Origin: Clostridiaceae bacterium BRH_c20a
GTDB lineage: Bacteria; Bacillota; Peptococcia; Peptococcales; BICA1-8
Length of the DNA: 64,000 nt
Assembly (NCBI GenBank): GCA_000961765.1
Contig: LADT01000026.1
Location: 19,574 to 83,573, forward strand
Direction of reading: 5' to 3'
Of the stretch, positions 9,953 to 19,317 are shown in pieces. The stretch's first letter is position 1; each line of letters opens with the position of its first letter. Below the pieces are notes generated by a model. It saw only the letters and a program-made list of their open reading frames with translations, was not told where the DNA came from and ran no database searches. The position numbers were made by a program, and so were the translations under genes.

Positions 9953-10963
9953 TTAATCTGTTCCTGTACACCTCCTCTGCTGAAAATTTAGATTATGGCA
10001 TGAAACCAGATGTTTGGTTTTATGTTCCTTTAAGACTGGTTTTTGATGTCGACAAATCTCTATAGCTTGAGGACATCGGGTATGGAAGTTACAGCCCGAT
10101 GGCGGATTAATTGGGCTTGGTACATCACCCTCTAAAAGAATTCTGTTCTTTTTTAATCTGGGATTAGGAATAGGAATTGCCGAAAACAGGGCTTGGGAAT
10201 AAGGGTGCATGGGTTCTCTATAAAGATTTTTATAATCAGCCAATTCTACAATCCTGCCTAAGTACATTACGGCAACCCTGTTGCTGATATGTTTTACTAC
10301 ACTTAGGTCATGGGCAATAAACAATAAGGTTAAACTAAATTCCTTTTGAAGGTCCTTTAATAAATTTATAACCTGAGCCTGAATAGAAACATCCAGAGCA
10401 GATACCGGTTCATCACAAACAATTAACTTAGGATTAACACTAAGGGCTCTAGCAATCCCAATCCGCTGTCTCTGTCCACCGCTAAACTCATGGGGGTACC
10501 GGGAAGTGTGATAGGGGCTTAATCCTACAATTTCCAATAGCTCCTGAACCCTTTTTTCTTGAGTTTTTCTGGTTCCTATTCCAAAATTACGCAGGGGTTC
10601 AGCAATCATATCACCTACAGTAAGCCGTGGATTCAGTGAGGCGTAGGGATCCTGAAATATTATCTGGATATCTTTACGCAACAGCCGCATCTTTAGGCTA
10701 TCAAGCTTGGCAATATCTTGGCCATTAAAAAGGATTTGACCGGAAGTGGGTTCTAATAATCTTAAAATACAGCGGCCAGTCGTTGATTTTCCACAGCCGC
10801 TTTCACCTACTAGTCCTAAGGTTTCTCCTTTGTTTATAGAAAATGAAATATCGTCAACTGCCTTGACGGCACCAACTGGTTTAGAAATAATACCTTTAGT
10901 AATGGGAAAATATTTAATAAGATTTTTAACTTCTAAGATAAATCCGGACATAAAACCCCTCAT
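9953..10963 (-). CDS. dppF: Peptide ABC ATP-binding protein (DppF/OppF)
   Basis: GESGCGKST, FSGGQRQR, C-terminal GCNFHTRCP domain. Confidence 0.9.
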   Translation of the reverse strand: MRGFMSGFILEVKNLIKYFPITKGIISKPVGAVKAVDDISFSINKGETLGLVGESGCGKSTTGRCILRLLEPTSGQILFNGQDIAKLDSLKMRLLRKDIQIIFQDPYASLNPRLTVGDMIAEPLRNFGIGTRKTQEKRVQELLEIVGLSPYHTSRYPHEFSGGQRQRIGIARALSVNPKLIVCDEPVSALDVSIQAQVINLLKDLQKEFSLTLLFIAHDLSVVKHISNRVAVMYLGRIVELADYKNLYREPMHPYSQALFSAIPIPNPRLKKNRILLEGDVPSPINPPSGCNFHTRCPQAIEICRHQKPVLKEHKTKHLVSCHNLNFQQRRCTGTD

Positions 10964-10966
10964 TTC

Positions 10967-12004
10967 CTAATACAAGTGACAAGCTACCATATGACCTTGC
11001 TCAACTTCTACAAGTGAAGGTCCAGCAATTAGGCATATTTCATGAGCTTCCTTACAGCGATCTGAAAAGCTGCATCCTAGGGGCAAATTACGTAAGTCGG
11101 GTGGGCTGCCTTCAATTGGTTCTAGTCTGGCTTGGTCTTCATCATCGAGCTTTGGAAGTGATGAAAGTAAACCCCAGGTATATGGGTGCTTTGGTTTAGA
11201 AAACAGAGTATCTACATCTGTAATTTCTACCGGCTTTCCGGCATACATAACCAGGACGTTATCACATAATTCGGCAACAACCCCTAAGTCATGGGTTATC
11301 ATGATTATAGCTGTCTCATATTCTGCTTTTAATTGATTCATTAAGTCCAGTATTTGAGCTTGAATTGTGACATCAAGTGCTGTTGTTGGCTCATCAGCAA
11401 TCAATAATTCTGGGTTACATGATAAGGCCATAGCAATCATTGCTCTCTGACGCATACCGCCGCTGAAGTGATGGGGATAATCATTGGCTCTTGATAATGC
11501 CTGGGGTATACCTACTTTTTCAAGCATTTCAACTGCTTTTTTCCAAGCGGTCTTTTTGGTGAGTTTCTGATGAAAAACAATGGCTTCTGCAATTTGCTCA
11601 CCTATTTTCAAAACAGGATTTAAGGAAGTCATGGGATCCTGAAAAATCATGGCTATCTCATTACCCCTAATTTTCCTCATTTCTTTATCTGAGGCTTGAA
11701 CTAGATCAAGATTCTTGAATTTTATCTGTCCATCTATTATTTTACCTGGAGGAGTAGGTATTAGGCCCATTATTGATAATGCAGTAATTGATTTTCCTGA
11801 GCCTGATTCCCCAACTATACCTAATGTTTGGCCTTTATTTAAAGAAAAACCAATTCCATCAACTGCCTTAACAGTACCTGCTTCTGTATAGAAATAGGTT
11901 TTTAAATTACTAACTTCTAAAAGTGCTCGTTCAGACAAGTGACATCCCCCTAAACTGAAATATAACAGAAATATTAATACTACTGATACAATACAGAATA
12001 ACAC
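10967..12004 (-). CDS. dppD: Peptide ABC ATP-binding protein (DppD/OppD); true start probably TTG 11938
   Basis: GESGSGKS, FSGGMRQR, IADEPTTALD. Confidence 0.9.
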   Translation of the reverse strand: MLFCIVSVVLIFLLYFSLGGCHLSERALLEVSNLKTYFYTEAGTVKAVDGIGFSLNKGQTLGIVGESGSGKSITALSIMGLIPTPPGKIIDGQIKFKNLDLVQASDKEMRKIRGNEIAMIFQDPMTSLNPVLKIGEQIAEAIVFHQKLTKKTAWKKAVEMLEKVGIPQALSRANDYPHHFSGGMRQRAMIAMALSCNPELLIADEPTTALDVTIQAQILDLMNQLKAEYETAIIMITHDLGVVAELCDNVLVMYAGKPVEITDVDTLFSKPKHPYTWGLLSSLPKLDDEDQARLEPIEGSPPDLRNLPLGCSFSDRCKEAHEICLIAGPSLVEVEQGHMVACHLY

Positions 12005-12102
12005 ACAATTATCCAGTTTCTTACTTTTTCTCTTTTTTCTCTAAGTAAAAAAAAACTCTATCCACAAGGGAAGAGTTATTTTTCTTGGTGATAAATAGCT
12101 TA

Positions 12103-12717
12103 TTAATTAGTCTTAATCCAATATACATTTTTAGGCCTTCCGAGTTTCCCGTAGTCGTACTCTGTTCCTACTAGTTTTTCTTGTACTAAGTGTGATAAAT
12201 AGCGATGGACCGTTTGATAGGCCAGGTTTGTACCTTGGGCGATTTCTTCAATTAACATAGGCTTTTCAAGTTTTTCTAAAAAGCTGATAATTATTGCTCG
12301 GGTATTTTTATTAATACCTTTAATTACATAGGCGTTTTCTTGTCTTTGCGTTAGTTCGGCTACTTTTAGATTAATCATTATTCTGGCTATTAAATCCGGT
12401 GCTTTAATGGGCTTTAAAGCAAAATCTGTTGCCCCTTCTTTTAGAAGCTCATTGGCTAGTTCCTGTCTTTCATCTACTGTTAAAACCAGGATAGGTACTT
12501 TTTTATCCAGCTCTCGGATAGCTTTTATGGTCATCAGTCCATCTAAAACCGGCATATGGTAGTCGGCTATAACTAAATCAAATCTATTTGTTTTAAAAAG
12601 CTGTAAGCCAATTTGGCCATTATCAGCTAATTGTGTTTGCCAGCCCCCGTGGCTGCATATTTCTTTTAGGGTATATTGAATATCAGCATTGTCTTCGATT
12701 ATTAGTATTTTAGTCAT
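12103..12717 (-). CDS. Response regulator (receiver + C-terminal winged HTH)
   Basis: IEDN, DYHMP, K-P motif; C-terminal TVHRYL..YGKLGRP, CitB/DctR-like. Confidence 0.85.
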   Translation of the reverse strand: MTKILIIEDNADIQYTLKEICSHGGWQTQLADNGQIGLQLFKTNRFDLVIADYHMPVLDGLMTIKAIRELDKKVPILVLTVDERQELANELLKEGATDFALKPIKAPDLIARIMINLKVAELTQRQENAYVIKGINKNTRAIIISFLEKLEKPMLIEEIAQGTNLAYQTVHRYLSHLVQEKLVGTEYDYGKLGRPKNVYWIKTN

Positions 12718-14065
12718 TAGCTTTCACTCCCGGCAAAACAATTTGAATTACAGTACCCTTGCCTAGAATACTAGAAGCTTTTATCAGGCCACCATGATCT
12801 TCAATGACCTTTTTCACAAAGCTCATTCCTAAACCCCTTGATTTATCTTTGGTAGAGAAACCGACATTCCATATTTTTGCTAAGTTTACCTGGGAAATAC
12901 CACTACCATTATCAATAATTGTTAAAAAAACTTTATTGTCCTTATCGCTGTTTATTTTAATAAAAATTAGAGGCTTTGACTCTGAACTAACAGCCTGAAT
13001 AGCGTTTTCAATTACGTTTATAAGTGCCCGGGCCATTCGGATTCTATTTATATTTATTTGAGGTAAATTAGGTGGAATCTTTATTGATACTTGGGGATTA
13101 GCATTTTTGACAATAACATTGGCTCGGACAAAGTTAATTAATTCCCCGACATTAATAACTTTTCTTTTTTCATTATGCAAGAACTCCGAAATCATATCAT
13201 TAACAGCTTCTACAGAATCCCCAATTTTTTGACAATATTCTTTTACTTGAGGGTCCTTGACTTTAAGTTCAATTAAGGAATTTAGACCTGCAGTTGTCAT
13301 TAAAGGCGACTTTAGGTCATGAATGAGAAAATGCAGTTCCTGCCAAACCTGGGCCTCCTCAGCCAACATCTGCATTTTGAGCAGTTCTTTTTCTTTCTGC
13401 TTTTCTCTTTTCTCACTTTCAAGTCTCCTTGTATATAAAATGGACAAGAGAATAAAGAAGACTGCACCTATTGTAAAGGGAAGAAAAAAGGCAAAGCTGA
13501 TAAAATTTAATATACTGCTTCTACTCAAATAGCTCGCGCTAATTTTAATATTAGTTACTAAATCGCTATAGCCTACTCCGTAATGGTTTAGCCAGGGCGC
13601 TAATAACAAACAGGAAAATGCTAATTTTAGCTGAATTAAGACAAATAGGCTAGAGAAAAAGCTGTCATAATTTTTATGAAAGATAGCTATTAAAATGATT
13701 TGGCCAATTAACATTAAACTTATAGTGATTAGTTCAAAGACAGAACCATAGGTATTGAGAGTAATAAAATATAAGCAAAGTGTAATTACAAGCAGATAAA
13801 AAAATTTTGGTACAAGGTTTGTGCGGCGAAAATAAAAATAAACAAAACTATAGCTAAAGATAAACACAGGTAAATCATAAAGGGTCTCATAAATAATTGT
13901 TTTAATAGCGGCGATGATTAGCAAGCCGTTATTAGTGGAGATGATGCTTTTTTCTAAATCTTCTAAAATTTGAACAGAAAAAGGTAGAAGTAAATTCTTT
14001 AGCAAATAGGTAGATAAGTAAAAACCAAGAATTAAATAAACCCACCAAAAAAGTTTTTTATTCAT
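12710..14065 (-). CDS. Multi-TM sensor histidine kinase
   Basis: Several hydrophobic segments; HDLKSPL, NVIENA, DNGSG, FSTK..GLGM boxes. Confidence 0.9.
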   Translation of the reverse strand: MNKKLFWWVYLILGFYLSTYLLKNLLLPFSVQILEDLEKSIISTNNGLLIIAAIKTIIYETLYDLPVFIFSYSFVYFYFRRTNLVPKFFYLLVITLCLYFITLNTYGSVFELITISLMLIGQIILIAIFHKNYDSFFSSLFVLIQLKLAFSCLLLAPWLNHYGVGYSDLVTNIKISASYLSRSSILNFISFAFFLPFTIGAVFFILLSILYTRRLESEKREKQKEKELLKMQMLAEEAQVWQELHFLIHDLKSPLMTTAGLNSLIELKVKDPQVKEYCQKIGDSVEAVNDMISEFLHNEKRKVINVGELINFVRANVIVKNANPQVSIKIPPNLPQININRIRMARALINVIENAIQAVSSESKPLIFIKINSDKDNKVFLTIIDNGSGISQVNLAKIWNVGFSTKDKSRGLGMSFVKKVIEDHGGLIKASSILGKGTVIQIVLPGVKAND

Positions 14066-14072
14066 TTGTCAC

Positions 14073-14663
14073 CTATCTAAAAGCAGAATTGAGGGGAACA
14101 TAAAAACGTTCCATATCTTTAACTAAAGTAAAGGGAATAGTATTTTCCATAGCAATTCCGTGAAAAAAATCTTCACTTTTATGAGAACTAATAGCTATGA
14201 TGTAATTGGCATAGTTGCCAACTGCCGAGAGCATTTCTTGGTTTAAAATATCCCAACGGTTTGAACCGCCTAAATAGACCATTATAATAGGAATACGTTG
14301 TTCATTCGCTTTTGCTACTAAGCGAATAATTCTCTGTTTTTCCTGTTCAAAATCTGTATAGATGCTCTCCATGCCCACCTTACTTACACCTACAGCAACT
14401 AGTAAACTGTTTATATCCTTCAAATCCTCAATAGTTGCTTTATAGCTAAAGGTATTACTGATTTTCAAATCGTCACAAATTTTAGCAACCACTAATCCTT
14501 CAGGACCTTGACCGGCAACGGTAATTAGTACTCTTTCCTTGGCAATAGGATAAGGCAGGTGGGGCAGGGTATATTGTAAAACTTGGGGCTTTTTAATGCA
14601 GTTGGGGAATATTATTAAAGTCAGGGAGATTATTATAATTAAAAAAGGTTTTGACCGAGCCAT
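14073..14663 (-). CDS. Exported protein, DUF6305-like
   Basis: Signal/lipoprotein N-terminus; LITVAGQ, AVGVSKVGM, EKQRI, YLGGSNRW motifs resemble DUF6305. Confidence 0.55.
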   Translation of the reverse strand: MARSKPFLIIIISLTLIIFPNCIKKPQVLQYTLPHLPYPIAKERVLITVAGQGPEGLVVAKICDDLKISNTFSYKATIEDLKDINSLLVAVGVSKVGMESIYTDFEQEKQRIIRLVAKANEQRIPIIMVYLGGSNRWDILNQEMLSAVGNYANYIIAISSHKSEDFFHGIAMENTIPFTLVKDMERFYVPLNSAFR

Positions 14664-14785
14664 ACAAATCCACCTTACAAAAGAAATAATCTATCTGTTA
14701 TCTTCAACAAAAAAAATAAAAATCCTACTGAATTAGAGAAATAAAGGAATATGTTTCAGGAAATTAACCTTTAGGAGCTGAATAT

Positions 14786-14949
14786 ATGAATACATTATTA
14801 AATGATAGGAAAATTTAGAAGCCAAATGTTGCAGAAATTTTGATTGAAGATAAATTTATCGGTGAGGGGTATGGAATTTATTGTTTTGGCATACCGGTGG
14901 TGTGCCAGAGCTTACCAATAGTATGGATCGTTGGCAGGAATTTTTGTAA
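14786..14949 (+). pseudogene. Remnant of a D-cysteine desulfhydrase/ACC deaminase family gene
   Basis: RBS AGGAG + ATG, then ILIEDKFIGEGYG in one frame and LLFWHTGGVPEL..stop in another; both resemble C-terminal motifs of this PLP family. Confidence 0.45.
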
Positions 14950-14950
14950 A

Positions 14951-14985
14951 AAAATGGGACAGGGGGTTATCCCTGTTCCATTTTT
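14951..14985. terminator. Bidirectional terminator
   Basis: AAAATGGGACAGGG..CCCTGTTCCATTTT. Confidence 0.7.
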
Positions 14986-14997
14986 ATTTTTGTTATG

Positions 14998-15753
14998 TTA
15001 TTTTTGCTCTATTTCTTCAAACCATTGGGGGTGGTGGTTTTTAGCCCATTCCCGGGAAACTTTACCATGAATAATTGTCCCAATTGTACCGGGGTTAGCT
15101 AAACTGCCTAAATAAGCATGAGCGATAACACCGGCTATTAAACCAATTGCAGAAATACCGTGAAGTACTGATGCCCAGAGCAATGAATTAAGTCCGAATT
15201 TTCCTGGATAAGCTAGCATGAGGCCTGAGAAAATAATTAAAATACTAAAAAATGTACTAAACCAGTAGAAAGCCTTTTGTCCTGCATTAAATCTTCCAGA
15301 AGGAGGATGAATTTCTTTGCGGGTTAAATATCCGCCCATTACCTTGAACCAGTCTCGGTCGTAAGTTTTGAAGATACTGTCTTTTAACCAGATGAAAATT
15401 GAATTTAAGGATGAAAGGGTAAATAAGGCTGCAAACACAAGGTGGATTTTATAGGCTGCTACATAACTTAAGCCTAGGGTGCCCACGTGGAAAAGGGCAA
15501 AGGCAATACCGGTAACGGCTAAAATAATAAAGCTTAACATACGGACAAAATGGGCTGTCCTTTCGAAGGGAGTAAGGCGCACTATTTCAGGCTTGAGTTT
15601 CCCCAGGCGTTTGGCATTAGGACCAATAATCACAAAATGACCGGCTATACCTAACAAAACTCCAACTGTACTCAATAAAACAATTAATCCGATATATTCA
15701 AGGTAGAGGTTATTTAAGTTAGCTAACAAAGGATTGGTGCTTGTATAGGTCAA
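14998..15753 (-). CDS. Di-heme cytochrome b (formate dehydrogenase gamma/PhsC-like)
   Basis: ERTAHF, KIHL, GRFNAGQK, VLHG, AHAYL and WAKNHHPQW motifs. Confidence 0.85.
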   Translation of the reverse strand: MTYTSTNPLLANLNNLYLEYIGLIVLLSTVGVLLGIAGHFVIIGPNAKRLGKLKPEIVRLTPFERTAHFVRMLSFIILAVTGIAFALFHVGTLGLSYVAAYKIHLVFAALFTLSSLNSIFIWLKDSIFKTYDRDWFKVMGGYLTRKEIHPPSGRFNAGQKAFYWFSTFFSILIIFSGLMLAYPGKFGLNSLLWASVLHGISAIGLIAGVIAHAYLGSLANPGTIGTIIHGKVSREWAKNHHPQWFEEIEQK

Positions 15754-15767
15754 AATAAGATACCTCC

Positions 15768-15785
15768 TTGTGAATTATTTATCAA
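15768..15785 (-). promoter_or_regulatory. Putative Rex operator
   Basis: TTGTGAA-TTAT-TTATCAA (2 mismatches to TTGTGAA-N4-TTCACAA) abutting the cytochrome b RBS. Confidence 0.45.
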
Positions 15786-15839
15786 TGATAATTAAGTATA
15801 ACAAAAAACAAGTCCCTTAGGCAAATACAATAATTGGGC

Positions 15840-15867
15840 TTAACCCCATGATGAGACATGGGGTTAA
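15840..15867 (-). terminator. Stem-loop between cytochrome c and cytochrome b genes
   Basis: TTAACCCCATG..CATGGGGTTAA inverted repeat. Confidence 0.55.
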
Positions 15868-15872
15868 GGGGA

Positions 15873-16934
15873 TTATTTAATCAATGATTTCAGTTTTTTT
15901 ATAATTTTGGGATCTGTTATTTCTACTTCTTTAGTTTCGGGATTATCACCTATTTTTTCATACGGGATAGCACCAAAACTGTGGTCTCTAGTTACATGAT
16001 CATGAAGGTCAGTTGGGTTTTTCCACATTATTTCCTCGATGTCAAAGTTTTCATCTTTATGACAGCTTGCACAATTCTCAGTAAAATTATCGCCTTTTAG
16101 CATAGAGCCTTCTTTATTTACTTCATGGGAAGTATGGCAGCTTAGACAATTGACATAACCACTGGTATAGTGGTCAGATGCAAACCAGTTACGGGTTCCA
16201 TAATGATTTTCGGCAATCAAGGAACTACCATCCTCGGTTTCGCTAGGTTGACCTAAAGTATGACATGTTATGCATGCATTTTGGTTAATACTTATGGCTT
16301 CTTTTCTTTTGGTCTGAGCATGAATGCTGCCAGGACCGTGGCAGGTTTCACAGCTTATTCCAGGTTCAAGGTTCTTAATTCCTAATCCTTGAGCTACTAA
16401 ACCTGGGCTATGACACTCAGCACATGAATATGCTTTGGCAGACCAATCCTGAATTCCATCACTGTTATAATCCTTTAAGGATGCTGCTACAAGTTCGTAA
16501 CCTTGTTCGGATTTTTCTAAAGATGCTACCCGATATAATTCCTGAGAAAAGCCGTCTATATTACCAACAACATAGCTGTCCATCATAACTCCATATGTAT
16601 CTTCTAAATTAATTGCTTTTGTAGCCGGATTTTCCTTAGTGGCACCATCCCAGACATTAACCATCTGCTTAAAATCTGTATTGTATTGATCTAGTGATTT
16701 AAAAATTCCGGCATGGCTGGTCATTGCAAATCCTTGACCTGTTTCACTATGACAGGTTATGCAGGCATCAGTACCTATATATGCCGACATCTGTTGTACC
16801 TCTTTAGTATCTATCTTTTCTTTTTTGGTATTAGTTTCATTACCAGCACAACCAGATAGAATTAACCCCAAAACCAAAACTAGTAAACTGGAAATTAAAA
16901 AATGCTTTCGCAAATCAAGACCTCCCTTCATCAA
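15873..16934 (-). CDS. Hexaheme c-type cytochrome lipoprotein
   Basis: Lipobox LSGC; six CxxCH motifs (CITCH, CAECH, CETCH, CITCH, CLSCH, CASCH). Confidence 0.9.
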   Translation of the reverse strand: MMKGGLDLRKHFLISSLLVLVLGLILSGCAGNETNTKKEKIDTKEVQQMSAYIGTDACITCHSETGQGFAMTSHAGIFKSLDQYNTDFKQMVNVWDGATKENPATKAINLEDTYGVMMDSYVVGNIDGFSQELYRVASLEKSEQGYELVAASLKDYNSDGIQDWSAKAYSCAECHSPGLVAQGLGIKNLEPGISCETCHGPGSIHAQTKRKEAISINQNACITCHTLGQPSETEDGSSLIAENHYGTRNWFASDHYTSGYVNCLSCHTSHEVNKEGSMLKGDNFTENCASCHKDENFDIEEIMWKNPTDLHDHVTRDHSFGAIPYEKIGDNPETKEVEITDPKIIKKLKSLIK

Positions 16935-17168
16935 AATTTGAAAAAATTATATTATAATATAAGTAAATATTATAATAATTACTTTCACAAATCAATATAT
17001 TATAAAAAATTTTTATAATATACTATATTTATACTCTTTAAACTTAATGTTTTTGGAGGTTGAATATATGAGTTTATTATAGCAAGCAATTTAGTAATAA
17101 TTTTTTGACCAGTACGCTGGAAATCTGTTAAACTATATAAGAATATAAAAAAATGGGGGTAGCCCTTA

Positions 17169-18353
17169 ATGATTGGAATAAGCAAACTTTTAGTCGATAC
17201 AAATAACTTTGGTGATACATTGCGCTACAGTCACAAGTCCCAGGGTACCTGTCATGGGGCTACCCATGATCGAGGTCCTGTGGTAGTTTGGAACTGCACT
17301 AAAACCTGTAACCTAAAATGCATCCACTGCTATGCAGGCTCTGACAGCAAAAAATATGATGGTGAACTGACTACTAAAGAAGCGGTTAAATTTATAGATG
17401 ATTTAAAAAGTTTTAATGTGCCTGTTCTTTTAATTTCTGGTGGGGAGCCTTTTATGCGGGAAGATATCCTCTATTTGGCTGAATATGCAGCCAAATTGGG
17501 TATTCGCAGTACATTTTCCACCAATGGGACTTTAATAACCCGCCAAACTGCAAAAAAACTAAAGGAAATTGGCGTTGGTTATGTGGGTATCAGCCTAGAT
17601 GGTCTGGGAGATAACAATGATAAATTTCGAGGACAAAAAGGTGCTTTTGAGCTGGCCTTAAGGGGTATTGAGAATTGTTTAGCTGAGGGCCAAAAGGTAG
17701 GCTTGAGGTTTACAATTAACCGGCATAATTATCATGAACTTGATGGTATTTTTAATTTAATAGAAGATGTTAAAATTCCTCGGATTTGTTTTTATCATCT
17801 GGTTTACTCAGGGCGGGGCAGTGAAATGATAAAAGAGGATATTTCTCATTCTGAAACTCGACAGGCGCTAGATCTGATTATAGATAAGGTCCGTTATTTT
17901 AAAAATAAGGGATTAGATAAAGAGGTCTTGACAGTTGATAACCATGCTGACGGTGTTTATCTTTATCTAAGGCTCCTTAAGGAAGACCCTCAAAGGGCCA
18001 AAAAGGTCTTGGAATTACTAAGGTTTAATGGTGGTAATCGTACCGGCATAGCCATTGGTGAAGTGGATTGGTTTGGTCATGTGCATCCTGACCAGTTCAC
18101 ACAAAATCATACTTTTGGAAATGTTCGAGAGAATAAATTTGGTGATATCTGGACTGACCCTAAACATCCTATCTTAAATGGACTGAAAAATCGAAAGAAC
18201 TTACTCAAAGGGCGTTGTGCCCAATGTCAGTGGTTAGATGTCTGTAACGGCAACTTTAGGGCTAGAGCCGAGGCCGTGACAGGTGATTTCTGGGAATCTG
18301 ATCCTGCCTGTTATTTGACTGATGAAGAAATTGGTTTGTCCAAGGAGAGATGA
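17169..18353 (+). CDS. ahbC: Fe-coproporphyrin III synthase AhbC (NirJ1-type radical SAM)
   Basis: GDTLRY, PVVVWNCTKTCNLKCIHCY, VLTVDNHADG, VHPDQF, CNGNFRARA..DPACYLTDEEIG. Confidence 0.88.
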   Translation: MIGISKLLVDTNNFGDTLRYSHKSQGTCHGATHDRGPVVVWNCTKTCNLKCIHCYAGSDSKKYDGELTTKEAVKFIDDLKSFNVPVLLISGGEPFMREDILYLAEYAAKLGIRSTFSTNGTLITRQTAKKLKEIGVGYVGISLDGLGDNNDKFRGQKGAFELALRGIENCLAEGQKVGLRFTINRHNYHELDGIFNLIEDVKIPRICFYHLVYSGRGSEMIKEDISHSETRQALDLIIDKVRYFKNKGLDKEVLTVDNHADGVYLYLRLLKEDPQRAKKVLELLRFNGGNRTGIAIGEVDWFGHVHPDQFTQNHTFGNVRENKFGDIWTDPKHPILNGLKNRKNLLKGRCAQCQWLDVCNGNFRARAEAVTGDFWESDPACYLTDEEIGLSKER

Positions 18354-18823
18354 ATATGGATAATATTGATAAGAACCTCTTAAGTATAATCCAAAAGGAT
18401 TTTCCTGTCTGTTCCCGGCCTTTTCAGGAAATAGGTGAAAAGCTGGGAATAACTGAGGATGAAACCGTAGCACGACTCTCTGAGTTAAAGGAACAAGGGA
18501 TAATCCGGCGTTTAGGTGCAATTATGGATTCCCGTAAACTAGGCTATAAGAGTACCCTTTGTGCTATGGAAGTTCCTTCTGATAACTTATCCCAAGTTGT
18601 GAAAGTAGTTAACGACTATATAGGAGTAACTCATAATTACCTGCGCAATCATGATTATAATCTGTGGTTTACATTAATTACTCCCTCACAAGGCCATTTG
18701 GAGAAAACACTTAGGGACATTGAAAAAAGAACAGGACAAAAAGTCTATAACCTTCCTGCCCTAAGATTATTTAAGATCAAGGTGAATTTTCATGTACCGG
18801 GTGTAAAAGGAGGAGAGGGTTAG
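18350..18823 (+). CDS. ahbA: Siroheme decarboxylase subunit AhbA
   Basis: Lrp/AsnC-like fold; GIIRRLG, GVTHNYLR..YNLWFT. Confidence 0.88.
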   Translation: MNMDNIDKNLLSIIQKDFPVCSRPFQEIGEKLGITEDETVARLSELKEQGIIRRLGAIMDSRKLGYKSTLCAMEVPSDNLSQVVKVVNDYIGVTHNYLRNHDYNLWFTLITPSQGHLEKTLRDIEKRTGQKVYNLPALRLFKIKVNFHVPGVKGGEG

Positions 18824-19296
18824 TGTTTAATGACTTGGACAAAGCAATTATCAAAGAAATTCAGGGAGACCTTCCTTTAGTTGCTCAACCTTACCGGGAA
18901 ATTGCCTCACGGCTGGGTATTTCGGAACAAGAACTATTAGAGAAAATTAAAGAGTTTCAGAAACAAGGATATATTCGGCGTTTTGGGGCAGCTCTGCGTC
19001 ATAGGGAAATGGGATTAAAAGCTAATCCCATGATAATTTGGCAGGTGCCGGAAGAAAGGATTGAAGAGGTTGGTAATAAACTGGCTTCTTTTGCTCGAGT
19101 TACCCATTGCTATCATCGGGCAATGCTTCCTAAATTGCAGTACAATGTATTTTCTATGATTCATGCCGAGACGAAAGAAGAATGTTTTAAACTAGCAAAA
19201 GAAATGGCAGAGGTAATAAACATTGAAGACTATAACCTATTGTTTAGTGAAAAGGAACTTAAAAAAACCAGCATGAAATATTTCATGGAAGATTGA
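18823..19296 (+). CDS. ahbB: Siroheme decarboxylase subunit AhbB
   Basis: IRRFGAALRHR, VTHCYHR, FSMIH, ELKKTSMKYF. Confidence 0.88.
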   Translation: MFNDLDKAIIKEIQGDLPLVAQPYREIASRLGISEQELLEKIKEFQKQGYIRRFGAALRHREMGLKANPMIIWQVPEERIEEVGNKLASFARVTHCYHRAMLPKLQYNVFSMIHAETKEECFKLAKEMAEVINIEDYNLLFSEKELKKTSMKYFMED

Positions 19297-19317
19297 GTAA
19301 AACCCTTAGGTACTTGC

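Noticed and set aside
14840-15070. 76-aa ORF as a real gene
   Set aside because: Reads through a terminator into the antisense of the cytochrome b gene; only its first residues belong to a pseudogene remnant.
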